Assembly: GCA_030550585.1 (NCBI GenBank)
Contig: JAUQPB010000003.1
Location: 209,691-273,690, forward strand
Direction: 5' to 3'
Source of the DNA: Thermoproteota archaeon
GTDB taxonomy: Archaea > Thermoproteota > Thermoprotei_A > Sulfolobales > Ignisphaeraceae
DNA length: 64,000 nucleotides
Shown: positions 19,437 through 29,590 of the stretch, piece after piece
Position numbering within the stretch: position 1 is the stretch's first letter
Layout of the letters: each line of letters opens with the position of its first letter
Notes under the pieces: generated by a model
Seen by the model: only the letters and a program-made list of their open reading frames with translations
Database searches by the model: none
Told to the model about the DNA's origin: nothing
Program-made: the position numbers and the translations under genes

Positions 19437-20851
19437 AGCGTCTCGCCATACAAAGATCTAAAATGTATGATAAGCAACAACATTAAAAGCATTTGCATAA
19501 CTATAACAAGAGATACGAGAATAATCTTCTTGAAGCTAATCAACGATGCCATGTATATAATGGAATCTAGAACATCGCTTGGAGTGAGTATCCTAATAGG
19601 TGATAGTGAATATTGCTGAATTATGCTAATAGCATAGATAATATAGTAGTTGATCGACTGCATAAGCAATGCGCGAGCATCCCAATAACCGATGTCCTCG
19701 GCTATGAATGTTGGTTTTTCGCTTATGGCAGGTGCTAAGTAAAGAAATATGGCACTCATTGGTATAGAAACTAGCAACACTATTAAGGATGTTATGATAT
19801 AGAATTTCTTTAGATTTGCGCATCCAAATGCCATTAACGATGTCGGCACAAACCAAACCACGTAGTTGATGTTTCCAATCTTACTAAATGTAATAGTTAG
19901 TATAAGTGATATTGAGGTTGATACAGCTAAGAACCCTAGTGAAAAACTAGGCTTTTGTTTCAATATTGTGAAGAGACCTAAAAATGTTGATAGATATGCT
20001 ATTAGAAATGGTATCATCCAGAGCTTGTTTAGGAGACTATTATACATGTTGATGCCAGATTCCAGCACAAATGTTGCTATAGCCCATGGCGATGCATCTT
20101 GTGGAGGCCTCGATGCATGAAAGCTTATAACATTCTCTATGAAGCTATTGCCAGATGCAAATAGAAATGGTGCTGTAATAGCCATTCCAACTGCCACTGC
20201 TATAGCAACATATTCAAGCGCTTTTTTTGCCCCATTCTTCTTATATATGAAAATTAGGTGTAGCGGTGCAATAACAGCAGCTACTGGTTTTATTAGTGTT
20301 GCTATAGCTGTTGATATTGCTGCTTTGCGGTATTCCCCGTGCCATGTGTAGATAGTTGAAAGAAGTATGAAGAGGGCTAGAAGAACATCGAATTGAAGTG
20401 CAAATAAAATTTGGAGAAACGGTAAGCTCAGTAGCCAGAGCATAGCTATTTCAGATCCTCTATACCTCTTGATAATCCTGAATATTATGTAAGCTGGTAT
20501 GACAACAAGCACAAGCTTTAGTATAATGTATCTAACTTGATATGGTGCCAACATAGCCAGAGCATAGACAGAAACAAAGGTTATCACAGCTATGGGTGGG
20601 TAGGGAGCTTTGCATGAAGGTGCTTCACATAGTTTGTATATGGAGAATATTGACTGAGGCCCATGTTTCTCCACGATTCTGTACCAGGAGACCCACCACA
20701 TTATATCGTAGTAGTTCCAGCCGATGACCAGAGAGGCGGCTAGAAGTGCTATTATTAAGGCTACCACATATTTTCTCTGCTTGTTGTAGAGACTAGGAAA
20801 CTCCTTGTAACATCTTTCTCTATCATACGAAAGCTCTTTTGCAGATATCAT
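19430..20851 (-). CDS. Multi-pass membrane glycosyltransferase-like protein (GT-C, GT87-like)
   Basis: YPP, QFD, K-P and ITAPF motifs; about 11 TM segments. Confidence 0.65.
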   Translation of the reverse strand: MISAKELSYDRERCYKEFPSLYNKQRKYVVALIIALLAASLVIGWNYYDIMWWVSWYRIVEKHGPQSIFSIYKLCEAPSCKAPYPPIAVITFVSVYALAMLAPYQVRYIILKLVLVVIPAYIIFRIIKRYRGSEIAMLWLLSLPFLQILFALQFDVLLALFILLSTIYTWHGEYRKAAISTAIATLIKPVAAVIAPLHLIFIYKKNGAKKALEYVAIAVAVGMAITAPFLFASGNSFIENVISFHASRPPQDASPWAIATFVLESGINMYNSLLNKLWMIPFLIAYLSTFLGLFTILKQKPSFSLGFLAVSTSISLILTITFSKIGNINYVVWFVPTSLMAFGCANLKKFYIITSLIVLLVSIPMSAIFLYLAPAISEKPTFIAEDIGYWDARALLMQSINYYIIYAISIIQQYSLSPIRILTPSDVLDSIIYMASLISFKKIILVSLVIVMQMLLMLLLIIHFRSLYGETLC

Positions 20852-20922
20852 ATATAAGACCGGTGAGCCTAAGCCTAACCAAAAGGTTTCGAGAAGTATT
20901 TAAATAGTTTTTGGATGCTATC

Positions 20923-21324
20923 CTACGAGCACTTGAGTATCTCTAGGGCTATCTCTGTAAATGTTTTGCCTTTTTCATTCTCAAGCTTCTTAATTTTTTG
21001 ATAGAGCTCTATATGAGCCTTATCTTTCTGCCTAACGAAATATGTTATATGATTAACAAGATGCCTTGCATCAGTAAAGGTCTTGCCACATGCTTCGCAG
21101 CGCCAGCAAGGACCTTCAGCAATCCTCTTTTCACCTGCAGAAGCTGCAGCTGGGGTAGCGGTGGTTGCTGTAATAGGCTTGCCCAGGATCTCGTACCAAA
21201 GCTTGTAAGGGTCTTCGTTGCATATTCTGGCAATTGATCTCACAACCTCTATAGTGAATGGTGCTCCCGAGCTCCTAGCAATATCGATGAGATTTTTGCT
21301 ACAGTCTTTCAAGTTTTCCGCCAA
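20923..21324 (-). CDS. Small C2H2-type zinc finger protein
   Basis: CEACGKTFTDARHLVNHI. Confidence 0.65.
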   Translation of the reverse strand: MAENLKDCSKNLIDIARSSGAPFTIEVVRSIARICNEDPYKLWYEILGKPITATTATPAAASAGEKRIAEGPCWRCEACGKTFTDARHLVNHITYFVRQKDKAHIELYQKIKKLENEKGKTFTEIALEILKCS

Positions 21325-21382
21325 GAAAAAGTCTGTTTTTAAGATGCGCCTAAATTAGGTTTACTACAAATAGCATTATGTA

Positions 21383-21440
21383 GCATGATGAATGTGGTGG
21401 CCTTGCTGAATAGATATGATGATGCTTAGAAGGGCTGAGA
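21383..21440 (+). ncRNA. C/D-box sRNA
   Basis: All four boxes canonical: ATGATGA 21385, CTGA 21406, ATGATGA 21416, CTGA 21435. Confidence 0.88.
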
Positions 21441-21472
21441 AGCGGTTAACCTATCGCGATATTTATCTAAGG

Positions 21473-21480
21473 CTTATAAA
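21473..21480 (+). promoter_or_regulatory. TATA box of the tRNA-Met gene
   Basis: CTTATAAA about 25 nt upstream of the mature tRNA start. Confidence 0.6.
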
Positions 21481-21504
21481 GTCTTATCAAATAAACTATC
21501 CTAG

Positions 21505-21596
21505 GCCGCCGTAGCTCAGCCCGGTAGAGCGCCGGACTCATATGCTAAATGGGTTGGGAGATCCGGTGGTCGCGGGTTCAAGTCCCGCCGGCGGCA
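21505..21596 (+). tRNA. tRNA-Met(CAU), elongator, with an 18-nt intron at 37/38 (21543-21560)
   Basis: Acceptor GCCGCCG/CGGCGGC-A, anticodon arm CCGGA-CTCATA^A-TCCGG, T loop GTTCAAGTC; bulge-helix-bulge formed by CUCA/UGGG with UAU and AGA bulges. Confidence 0.93.
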
Positions 21597-21667
21597 CTAA
21601 TCAATTCTAATATTGGGTTCCAACCTAATAAATATGTTATTCGAGTGATAATATCTTTGGTGCGTTT

Positions 21668-22141
21668 ATGTTGCCTTATCCAACTTTTAGACTAGATGAT
21701 GTAGAAATATGTGTTTATACAATAGACGATGAGAGAGAAGATAGCTGTGTTCCAGAAGCGCTACAAGCACTATACGAAATATCATCGTTTTTAGGCGTGA
21801 AAATAAGATATTCAACACTATCATCATTTGCAAACTATGTGAGAACCCTAACCACGTTGACAGATTTTGAAAAAGAGCAACTAATAGACTTGCTAAAGTC
21901 ATTGGTAACAAGCTACAGAAGATACGATTATGAAGAGTCGAAGAGAGCAGCACAAAAAATATTCAAAATAGTTATCGGAGCACAAATCGACTTCAAATCA
22001 GCAAAAGACGCAATTGAAATAGCGTTGAACGCTGTATACGCATCAATAGCAACCTCCATAGACTCATCAAACTACGAACCAATAGAAAAGGAAATAGCAA
22101 TAGACCTTATAAAGCTGCAAGAAGTAAACACCGTGGCTTAA
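21668..22141 (+). CDS. Hypothetical protein between two tRNA genes
   Basis: 157-aa ORF with normal composition and no motif recognised. Confidence 0.6.
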   Translation: MLPYPTFRLDDVEICVYTIDDEREDSCVPEALQALYEISSFLGVKIRYSTLSSFANYVRTLTTLTDFEKEQLIDLLKSLVTSYRRYDYEESKRAAQKIFKIVIGAQIDFKSAKDAIEIALNAVYASIATSIDSSNYEPIEKEIAIDLIKLQEVNTVA

Positions 22142-22209
22142 CATTTTCAAAACAAATAACCCATTTAAACACAACAGTTTAAAACCCTTAGACTATTGAA
22201 AAGGTAATA

Positions 22210-22283
22210 GGGGCCGTAGTTTAGCTTGGTAGAATGCGGGGCTTGGGCCCCCGTGGTCCGGGGTTCAAATCCCCGCGGCCCCA
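22210..22283 (+). tRNA. tRNA-Pro(UGG)
   Basis: Acceptor GGGGCCG/CGGCCCC-A, anticodon arm CGGGG-CTTGGGC-CCCCG, T loop GTTCAAATC; TTTAAAA upstream at 22178. Confidence 0.95.
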
Positions 22284-22573
22284 TCAAACCAATGTTAGAG
22301 CCGTTACTTAATGTTTGTAACAACTATGTGGCTATGTCTATCGATTGTGAACATAATTGTACTTCCGATGTCTAGGTTGTCGAATGATATCATGCACAGA
22401 GGCCGTGGAAGAAGGTATCCTTACTGTTTCACCTCTCTTAACACCGTTCACAGTATCGTCTACGGAGAGTCTCACATTAACCACGCAGTAGAAATCGTCA
22501 TAGCTATGAATAATCTTCAAAGAAACTCTCATCATGCTTAGATTCAAGCTGATCTGGTTTCATAGTATTTCGC

Positions 22574-23776
22574 TCAAGCCTTGAATTCTTTCTTATGTGA
22601 GAATAGAAATCTTAACTTGAGATATTCAAAAGAGGCTCTTATTACACCATAACTCACAGCCTCTTCAAGGCTCCTATCAGAATTATTTATTTTGTACTTT
22701 AGAGCCCAAAGAAGAACCCAAGTTCTAGAATCCTTAGGTATAAGACCCTTAGGCAACTTCTTCCTCTTAATTCTTTTCTTAATTATTATCCATAAGCTAT
22801 CGACTATAGAAAATGCTAAATGTTTACGCTTAAAAACAAAACCTATAAGACCGTAAATGAGTAGCCTTAAAAGATATCTAAAAGGCCCTAAGTACTCATA
22901 GGTTAGGAGAAGCATGTTCTTGGAGAAGTGATAGGGGATGTTCATAAAGATGGTGGTTTCTTGTTGCTTAGAGGCTCTAAAAGACTGTTTCTGAGTACCT
23001 CCACGAACATGCCATACCATGAAATCTCTAAAAACGTATACAGGAATGCCTTTGCTCCACAATCTTAGACAAAACTCTGTATCTTCAAAATATATTACAT
23101 AATCGTTACGAAGAAACCCAAACTCTTCAATAATCTCTCCTTTTATTGCAACAGCAGCAAATAGAGCGTAATGTATTGTGTAAATCAGAGGAAGTCTTTT
23201 AATAAGACTTTTGATAGTATCTGTCATTTTTACATGACATAATATGTCTTGAGGATTACCGAGGAAATCTATAAATGCTCCCAAACTGTCAATAACAACC
23301 TCCTCTTTTTCTCCGGAAATAGTAGCTACTCCAACAACAGGAAGAATGCCAGCTAACATTTCCACCTTACTAAAGAAATTCTTATCGATAATATATGTAT
23401 CGGGATTTAGAAGCAGAAGTATTTTATTTCTCAGCTCCCCTAAAATGTTCTTAGCTAAGGCTAGTCCCACGTTATTGGCAGGTGCAAAACCTAAATTATC
23501 GCTAAGCCTCACAGCAATAAAGTTAGCTTTTCTCTTTGACGATAACCTCTCTAGAAGCAATAGAATTTCGTCATATGTATTATCCTTAGAAGCATTGTCT
23601 ACTACTATCAGTAATAGCTTTGATAAGTCATAGTCCTGAGAGAATATAGAGTCTATCAGTCTATCTATGAATGCTCTAGAGTTATAGGTTACTATCAATA
23701 CTACGATCTTTATCTTAGAAACATTGTAGACATGCATTCTAAGGTTTCTCACGTTATTCACCATAGTCCTTAACAA
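22574..23776 (-). CDS. Glycosyltransferase family 2
   Basis: IVTYNS, VVDNASKD, NLGFAPANN, LLNPD and YFEDTEFCLR. Confidence 0.92.
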   Translation of the reverse strand: MLRTMVNNVRNLRMHVYNVSKIKIVVLIVTYNSRAFIDRLIDSIFSQDYDLSKLLLIVVDNASKDNTYDEILLLLERLSSKRKANFIAVRLSDNLGFAPANNVGLALAKNILGELRNKILLLLNPDTYIIDKNFFSKVEMLAGILPVVGVATISGEKEEVVIDSLGAFIDFLGNPQDILCHVKMTDTIKSLIKRLPLIYTIHYALFAAVAIKGEIIEEFGFLRNDYVIYFEDTEFCLRLWSKGIPVYVFRDFMVWHVRGGTQKQSFRASKQQETTIFMNIPYHFSKNMLLLTYEYLGPFRYLLRLLIYGLIGFVFKRKHLAFSIVDSLWIIIKKRIKRKKLPKGLIPKDSRTWVLLWALKYKINNSDRSLEEAVSYGVIRASFEYLKLRFLFSHKKEFKA

Positions 23777-24869
23777 GATCTATAAGCTTTAACATAAAGT
23801 CCTTTGGATTTGAAGCTATTATGACATTGCCATGTCTCTCAACTATAGGTTCTAAACCTTCAACGGCTTCCCTAGAGGCTACTATAATCTTGTCTTTGAA
23901 CCTCAGATAATTAAGCATCTTAGTACTAACACCACTCATGGTGAACATTGGTGCAAGCAACACATCTGCCTCATTACATAGGAGATCATCTATATCCTCA
24001 ACATAGCCCAGCATCTCAACTTCTTTCTTTATTCCAAGCTTTTCAACTAGATCGTTGAGAAGATGGCTAGCCTTTTCTCCTACCCGCCCCACAATTAATA
24101 ACTTGATATTCTTTTTTGCGACCTTCTTTAGCAGGGGCAGCATCCTTATAATGAAAGTTGCCGCCTCTAAGTTATGTTGCATTTCTAAGTCTCCTACAAA
24201 TGCTAAAGTTATGGCCCTCTCCCTAGATCTAGCTCTACAGTAGCTTATTGTGCCAAGCCTGCTAGGTAGTGCATGCGGAACCACGAATATTTTCTCTTTA
24301 GGATACTCGAATTTTTGCATAATGCTCTTCGCCATATCCTCGGAAATAGCTATTACCATAGAGCTTTTAGTGAAGAAGAGCTTTTCGAGAACAAAGGTTA
24401 TGTAGCTCAGAAACTTGTTTCCTCTACGCTCCTCTCTCTCTGAGAGCAGCATCTGAGGGTCAGCAATAAGCAGAGAGTTTTTATTGATAAGTCTGAGAAG
24501 TAGCAAAGAAGGTGCAAAGAGTTCGCCACCAATAATGATTAGCTTGAGCTTTTTCATCATATCTCTGAGCTTTATAGTGTTTATCAGCTGATACAGAAGA
24601 AATCTTACATAGCCTAGGATTCTCGGACTTCTCATTTCATTTCCAGGGACTTGAATTTTAAAGGCGTTTTTCATGCCAAAACTTTTTATAGAGTATCTTT
24701 CGCTACTTCTAAGACCCTCTGTATACTCGATTAAAATTACCTTGGCATCCAGTTTACTGACTATATGTTCGATTAGCGAGTACATCCTTACAAAGTGTCC
24801 ATTGCTAAGTTTTTCAATGGGACCCCATCCAATCACTCCTATGAGTCCAATACCCTTTTTACTGCTCAA
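23754..24869 (-). CDS. Glycosyltransferase family 4 (GT-B)
   Basis: AISEDM, FVGDL...HNLEA, GYVEDI and SGVSTKML. Confidence 0.85.
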   Translation of the reverse strand: MSSKKGIGLIGVIGWGPIEKLSNGHFVRMYSLIEHIVSKLDAKVILIEYTEGLRSSERYSIKSFGMKNAFKIQVPGNEMRSPRILGYVRFLLYQLINTIKLRDMMKKLKLIIIGGELFAPSLLLLRLINKNSLLIADPQMLLSEREERRGNKFLSYITFVLEKLFFTKSSMVIAISEDMAKSIMQKFEYPKEKIFVVPHALPSRLGTISYCRARSRERAITLAFVGDLEMQHNLEAATFIIRMLPLLKKVAKKNIKLLIVGRVGEKASHLLNDLVEKLGIKKEVEMLGYVEDIDDLLCNEADVLLAPMFTMSGVSTKMLNYLRFKDKIIVASREAVEGLEPIVERHGNVIIASNPKDFMLKLIDLVKDYGE

Positions 24870-26265
24870 CCTTTGGAGACCCCCTAAGGTATAATATGAA
24901 GCTTAATAGGAAGAGGAGAAGCGGGATCAAATTGAAGATTAAGATACTGACGTAGAGCATTTTAAACTTTTCAGTATAAGATACTATTACGGTGAGGTTA
25001 CTGTAACCGTTTGGATCTATATAATAGCCTCTAAGTCCTCTATAACTGATGGGTTCAACTTCTAAAGGTTTGCCATTAGCATACACCTCTATTTTTACAG
25101 GATTAGGTAGGGAGCTACTATACAGTAGTGGAACTACCATTAAGGCCTTCCCACCATCTTCTTGCATGGTTATCCTAGCCTTTATGAAACTCGATTTGCA
25201 TTCTAATATCTCCATCTTTGCATTACTAGGTTCTACTATCTTTATTGGAGACGTGTTCACGGGAGTTCTATATACGCTCAGCACCTCCCCATCGTATATG
25301 GTCTTAAAGTTCTCCCTTAGTATTTGATCTACGATTTCCCAGAACTTATTATAGGTATTTAGCGATCTATCTACTATTATGTACTTCACATTTAATAAGC
25401 TAAGCATGTCTAAGTAAGTTTCTGAAAGTATGGCCCTATTGCCAACCTCTACCCTCAGAAGTATTTTAACGTATAACCTTGAATTATTTATCTTTTGTAG
25501 ACCATAAATTCTCAGCATAAATCCTGTAATGTGATTGGGGTCGTAGATTGAGTCTGGCCACGGCTTATCTGAAACCCCAACGGCATAGACCCTCGAAACA
25601 CTACCTGGCAGGGTTATGGTATCTAAAATGTGGGCACCAGCAAAATTATCACTATATATGAAAAGCCAGGGGGTCAGCGTAACATTCTCTTCTCCACTAA
25701 TACTTAGGTCTATCTCCAATAGCTTGTACATGGAGATGTTTAAGGGTCTAGTGAAAGGAAGTATTATGTCTGCGTAATCCCACCCAGACTTATGCAGAAC
25801 CACATCTAGAAGTAACGATCCATTTTCAAGCAATCTTGCATAGAGGAGCTCCCCTTGCCCACCCCAAACATATGCCTTCTCAACATTAACCTGCGAAGTT
25901 AAGGAAACCCCATCAACAACCTTTAACTGAGGTCTTGTTAACATACCATAAACTTCCTCCCAGCTTGTGTATTCAGAATAAGGTGCAAACGTGTAGGAAA
26001 GTATTGCACCATTAAGCATATGATACCATCCAATAGAGCCTTGCCACCCCCAGGACGTTGAGACATATGTTGATGTTGCAGGCAACAATAAGATGTGCTC
26101 GTAAGGTTTAGCTTCTAGATCCATAACTATTCTATAGTCTTTAGGTATGACAAACCCTTTAATGCTTTCGTCGTAATATTGTCCAAATACCTGGCCAGAG
26201 AAAATAGGTAAAGAGGTGAGGAGCAACAATACCAGTAAGACTATGATGAAAGCCTTAGCAAACAA
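24859..26265 (-). CDS. Membrane-anchored extracellular protein, probably the C-terminal half of a 5'-truncated GT-C-associated membrane protein
   Basis: One N-terminal and one C-terminal TM; IPKDY, ILLLP and LNVKYIIVD motifs; frame stays open to about 26350 with no ATG. Confidence 0.6.
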   Translation of the reverse strand: MFAKAFIIVLLVLLLLTSLPIFSGQVFGQYYDESIKGFVIPKDYRIVMDLEAKPYEHILLLPATSTYVSTSWGWQGSIGWYHMLNGAILSYTFAPYSEYTSWEEVYGMLTRPQLKVVDGVSLTSQVNVEKAYVWGGQGELLYARLLENGSLLLDVVLHKSGWDYADIILPFTRPLNISMYKLLEIDLSISGEENVTLTPWLFIYSDNFAGAHILDTITLPGSVSRVYAVGVSDKPWPDSIYDPNHITGFMLRIYGLQKINNSRLYVKILLRVEVGNRAILSETYLDMLSLLNVKYIIVDRSLNTYNKFWEIVDQILRENFKTIYDGEVLSVYRTPVNTSPIKIVEPSNAKMEILECKSSFIKARITMQEDGGKALMVVPLLYSSSLPNPVKIEVYANGKPLEVEPISYRGLRGYYIDPNGYSNLTVIVSYTEKFKMLYVSILIFNLIPLLLFLLSFILYLRGSPKVEQ

Positions 26266-26345
26266 TTTTCCAAGCAGAAATCTCCTAGCATTGGAACGGT
26301 GTTTTCTTAGATCGACGACTGAGACTAGATTTAAGAATTTAAGAA

Positions 26346-27133
26346 CTAGGCCTTAGGATCACCGTGTACTTTGAGCTCTGGTAGCTCTGGCAGGTTCGGT
26401 AGCTCAATTCTGCTCGAACCAAGCTTCTCGGCGAAGATGTTATAAGCTGCTACAAGGGTCTTGGGACAAGGTGGTTTTACAAGGAGCTCTACTGGGGTCT
26501 CACGAGTATTGCTATGTACGCTTTCCACGGGTTGGGGGTCTTGATGTACTCTGTCACGAGCTCTAATTCCTCTAACCTTATGTTGAGGCCCACCAACATG
26601 GCTTTCATCAGCAATCTGCCTTTGAATAAACACGAGAACTCGAGCATGTCATCTAGTACTCGACTGAGAGATAGCTCGTGATGAGGTCTGTTAATTTTCT
26701 TCTACATCTACTCACCCACAGCATTCACCTTTACTGAAACGATACCAGCACTAAGCAAGCTCTCCCTAGCCTCCTCAACATACAGCAGAGAGTCGTTGGA
26801 TAGCCAGCTACGGGCTTATCATCAACCTCCTTAATGTCTGCTATTAGTAAATCTGCTCTCTCGTCGAGGAGGGGTTCATCATCCGACACTAGCATGATGC
26901 AATCGACATCGCTGCTCCATTTCATGAGAAAGTCGCGCACCTCATCAACTATTTCACGGGGGTCATAAAATGCTGTTCTCTTGACTATGTAATTGATCGT
27001 TCTACCTAACTGGTAATACACAAGAGCACGTACAGGTCTTGTAGGGAACATGATTGATGCCTAGGCTCCTGCCCAACCTCCTAGACCTCACAAGGCCGAA
27101 GACATACCTGTATCGTTGCTTATCGTGCTCCAA
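26346..27133 (-). pseudogene. Frameshifted radical SAM protein pseudogene
   Basis: From TTG 27133: [30 protein letters not shown], then a frameshift to YYQLGRT...AFYDPREIV, with a later fragment VKPP...AYNIFAEKLG...IEL; CxxxCxxC is broken. Confidence 0.8.
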
Positions 27134-27274
27134 AATCTACTACCATTTTATGATGCCTTACCTTATTAAGGTAGGAGACTTAATGAAAACCCAGTAGAGC
27201 GGAACTATATCCCTATTCTCTTCAAACCCGCAACTGAGACATTTCATGGTTCTCACATGTTTCTTTCTTCTTTT

Positions 27275-27572
27275 GAGCACTAGCTTCCCTCCGTATTTAG
27301 GGGTTCACCTCTTTGCATATTTGTATATGTATGTTTTTGTATGATGTGTCATCGGCTCATCTTTTGAGGTCTACTCTTCGATCTGGCTTCACACTTCAAT
27401 GTAGAGGCATTTTAGAGAGGTTCGGGACTCACATACGCCTGCAAAGCTTCATTGCACATCCTTAGGCATCAGTCTCGCCAAGCAGATAAACCCCTTCATT
27501 GGAAACCACATAAATAGCTGTTAGCACACAGACCTAGAATTTTTGTGCTCAATAATAGAGAAAAGCGATTAA
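27275..27572 (-). mobile_element. Internally deleted, non-autonomous relative of the tnpB element at 41515-42987
   Basis: Colinear blocks shared with the full locus: AGCGATTAAAA (end of small gene), ATGAAGG.GTTTATC...GATGCCT.AGG (tnpB start) and ATGAGCCGATGAC...AAAGAGGTGAACCC (tnpB end). Confidence 0.8.
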
Positions 27573-28639
27573 AAGTATTTAGATGTAATTAAGAACAAAC
27601 AAAAATCAGTTACGGCCTCCATATGCACATCTTGTAGATGCCTATAATGGTAAATCTACCACCATACTAAAGCGCAGGATCCGATGTTGTTGTCTGAAGA
27701 CATCAACACAATCTCAGTTCTATTGGGTTCATGCACAAGGTAGTAAACAGAATAGCAATGCAGCGACAAAGAATCCTCCTCACAGAGACCTACCAACACG
27801 TTCAAGGGTCACTGTCTAGATGCAATCTCCGTGCTCTTAAGCTTAAACACTGTACTCCTAATCCAAGTACACCCTTTATTCTTTCTAGTCCATATACATT
27901 GGTAATATCAGCTGAAAAATCTTGATAGTTGAAGAGCCTTTCATGATATTGTTGCGTTAGTAATCTCGTAAAATAAATACTGTATACGAGTTACCGACTA
28001 TGTTAAAGTGACTTGTAAGAGCAGTCTTGTAAGCTATAGGATCGTGTTTGAGCATAATGGATGAAATTCAAGCCTTAATCCTCCATGATGTGTCGGAGTT
28101 CTGCGAAGTCTTTTCTCCATAGCTAAGAAACCGAGAGGCATCGCCCCAGAGAATTACAGCAAAATGCCAAAGATAATTCAAGGACAGCTATAAATAATAC
28201 TATACTAAATCTCGGCAAAGCCAATGTTTAATTAGCAAACTAATTATGTAATGTCAACATGCATTTTCTTATATTACTCAACCAATTATAGCATCATCAT
28301 GCCATAATTAATTCTACGCTTAAGCAAGTCTCTCATGTATTAGCAGTAAATATGTTTTGAGAATAAGCAACCATGAGATTATTTGCAGTAGAATTTGTCT
28401 ATATAGTTGCACCTGAAAATAGCTGAGATCTTAAGGACATGCAGAACAGTATAAGGGTATAATGCCATATTCCGATATAAAGATGATGTAACTAGACGGG
28501 TTACAGAATCTAGAGGGATAATATATTATAGCTAGAAGCCCTAATTGTATTGAAATATTGAAACCCTAAGGAGTTCATCATAATTATCGATAGCTTATTT
28601 AAGGCTAATTACAGTAATATAGGTGTGGGAATAGAGATT

Positions 28640-28846
28640 ATGGCTAGAGTTGTCCGTGTTCGGTATGAAAATGGTGTTTTAAAGCCTCTTGAAAAACTCG
28701 ATCTTAGCGAAGGCGAGGAAGTCGAGGTTGTTATACGTAGAAGACATGATCATGCCTTCGGCGCTCTTCTTCGTAGAAGACCTGATCTAAAACCTGAAGA
28801 TGTTAATAAGGTTATTGAGGAAATTGAAAGTGAGGGTATTCTTTGA
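28640..28846 (+). CDS. vapB: Antitoxin, AF2212/DUF104-like (VapB)
   Basis: VRVRYENGVLKPLEKLDLSEGEEVEVVI; overlaps the PIN gene. Confidence 0.88.
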   Translation: MARVVRVRYENGVLKPLEKLDLSEGEEVEVVIRRRHDHAFGALLRRRPDLKPEDVNKVIEEIESEGIL

Positions 28847-29267
28847 CTCCAATGTTTTCCTCAAGTATCTTGCTGGTGTTGAAGAAGCCAAGAAACTCCT
28901 AGATAAGGTTGAATACGGTGAATGGAAAGGTTATGTGAATGATGTTGTAATAAGTGAGGTTGTCTATGGGTATCTAAGGTTAGCTCTTAACATATCTAGG
29001 TATAGGCTTAGAGAGTATGTAGTCAACTATGTGGATAGGGTTGGGGAATTGCTAGAGCAAGATGTATATCCATTGTTTGTAAACTTCGAGCATCTACCAA
29101 CCAGCACAGGCATAGACACATTGTTGGAATACGTAGTTAGGTATAAATTGTTGCCGAATGATGCCCTAATAGCAACTACATGTAAAGTCTACGACATAAA
29201 GGACATCGCTACATTCGACGAAGACTTTGCCAGAGTTCCATGGCTAAGGATATGGAAGGAGGTGTAA
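28830..29267 (+). CDS. vapC: VapC PIN-domain toxin
   Basis: VFFDSNVF, VISEV, LPNDALI and ATFDEDF. Confidence 0.92.
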   Translation: MRVFFDSNVFLKYLAGVEEAKKLLDKVEYGEWKGYVNDVVISEVVYGYLRLALNISRYRLREYVVNYVDRVGELLEQDVYPLFVNFEHLPTSTGIDTLLEYVVRYKLLPNDALIATTCKVYDIKDIATFDEDFARVPWLRIWKEV

Positions 29268-29487
29268 GAAATAATGCAATGAGATAAGCTCCTTGAGAAA
29301 CTATTTGGCTATTGCGCCCATATATTCCCACAATGCCACTAATGTAACACCTCTTAATACAGCACTTGTTTATTATGGCATATCGCATTCCAATTGATGA
29401 CTGTCTTGATAGCTTTAATTGAATGTCAGTCACGTCTATTTGGCATATCGGCTATATGCTAACTGAATTGTCTCTGACATATCCCTA

Positions 29488-29520
29488 GGATCCCCGGTTT
29501 CAAATTTCCCTGCCCCACCA
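29488..29520 (+). other. Degenerate tRNA 3'-end-like fragment (possible att remnant)
   Basis: GGATCCCCGGTTTCAAATTTCCCTGCCCCACCA resembles a T arm plus acceptor 3' strand plus CCA. Confidence 0.35.
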
Positions 29521-29590
29521 AACAAACATATGTATTTGCTTTTCCATACTTCTAATATTTCAAATATGCCGAAAAATTTTGAGAATGCTG

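Noticed and set aside
21543-21560. tRNA intron as a novelty
   Set aside because: A canonical 37/38 BHB intron in elongator tRNA-Met is common in archaea
22311-22547. Small ORFs and C-box-like words (ATGATGA, ATGACGA) downstream of tRNA-Pro
   Set aside because: No convincing D boxes at correct spacing, and the ORFs lack recognisable features
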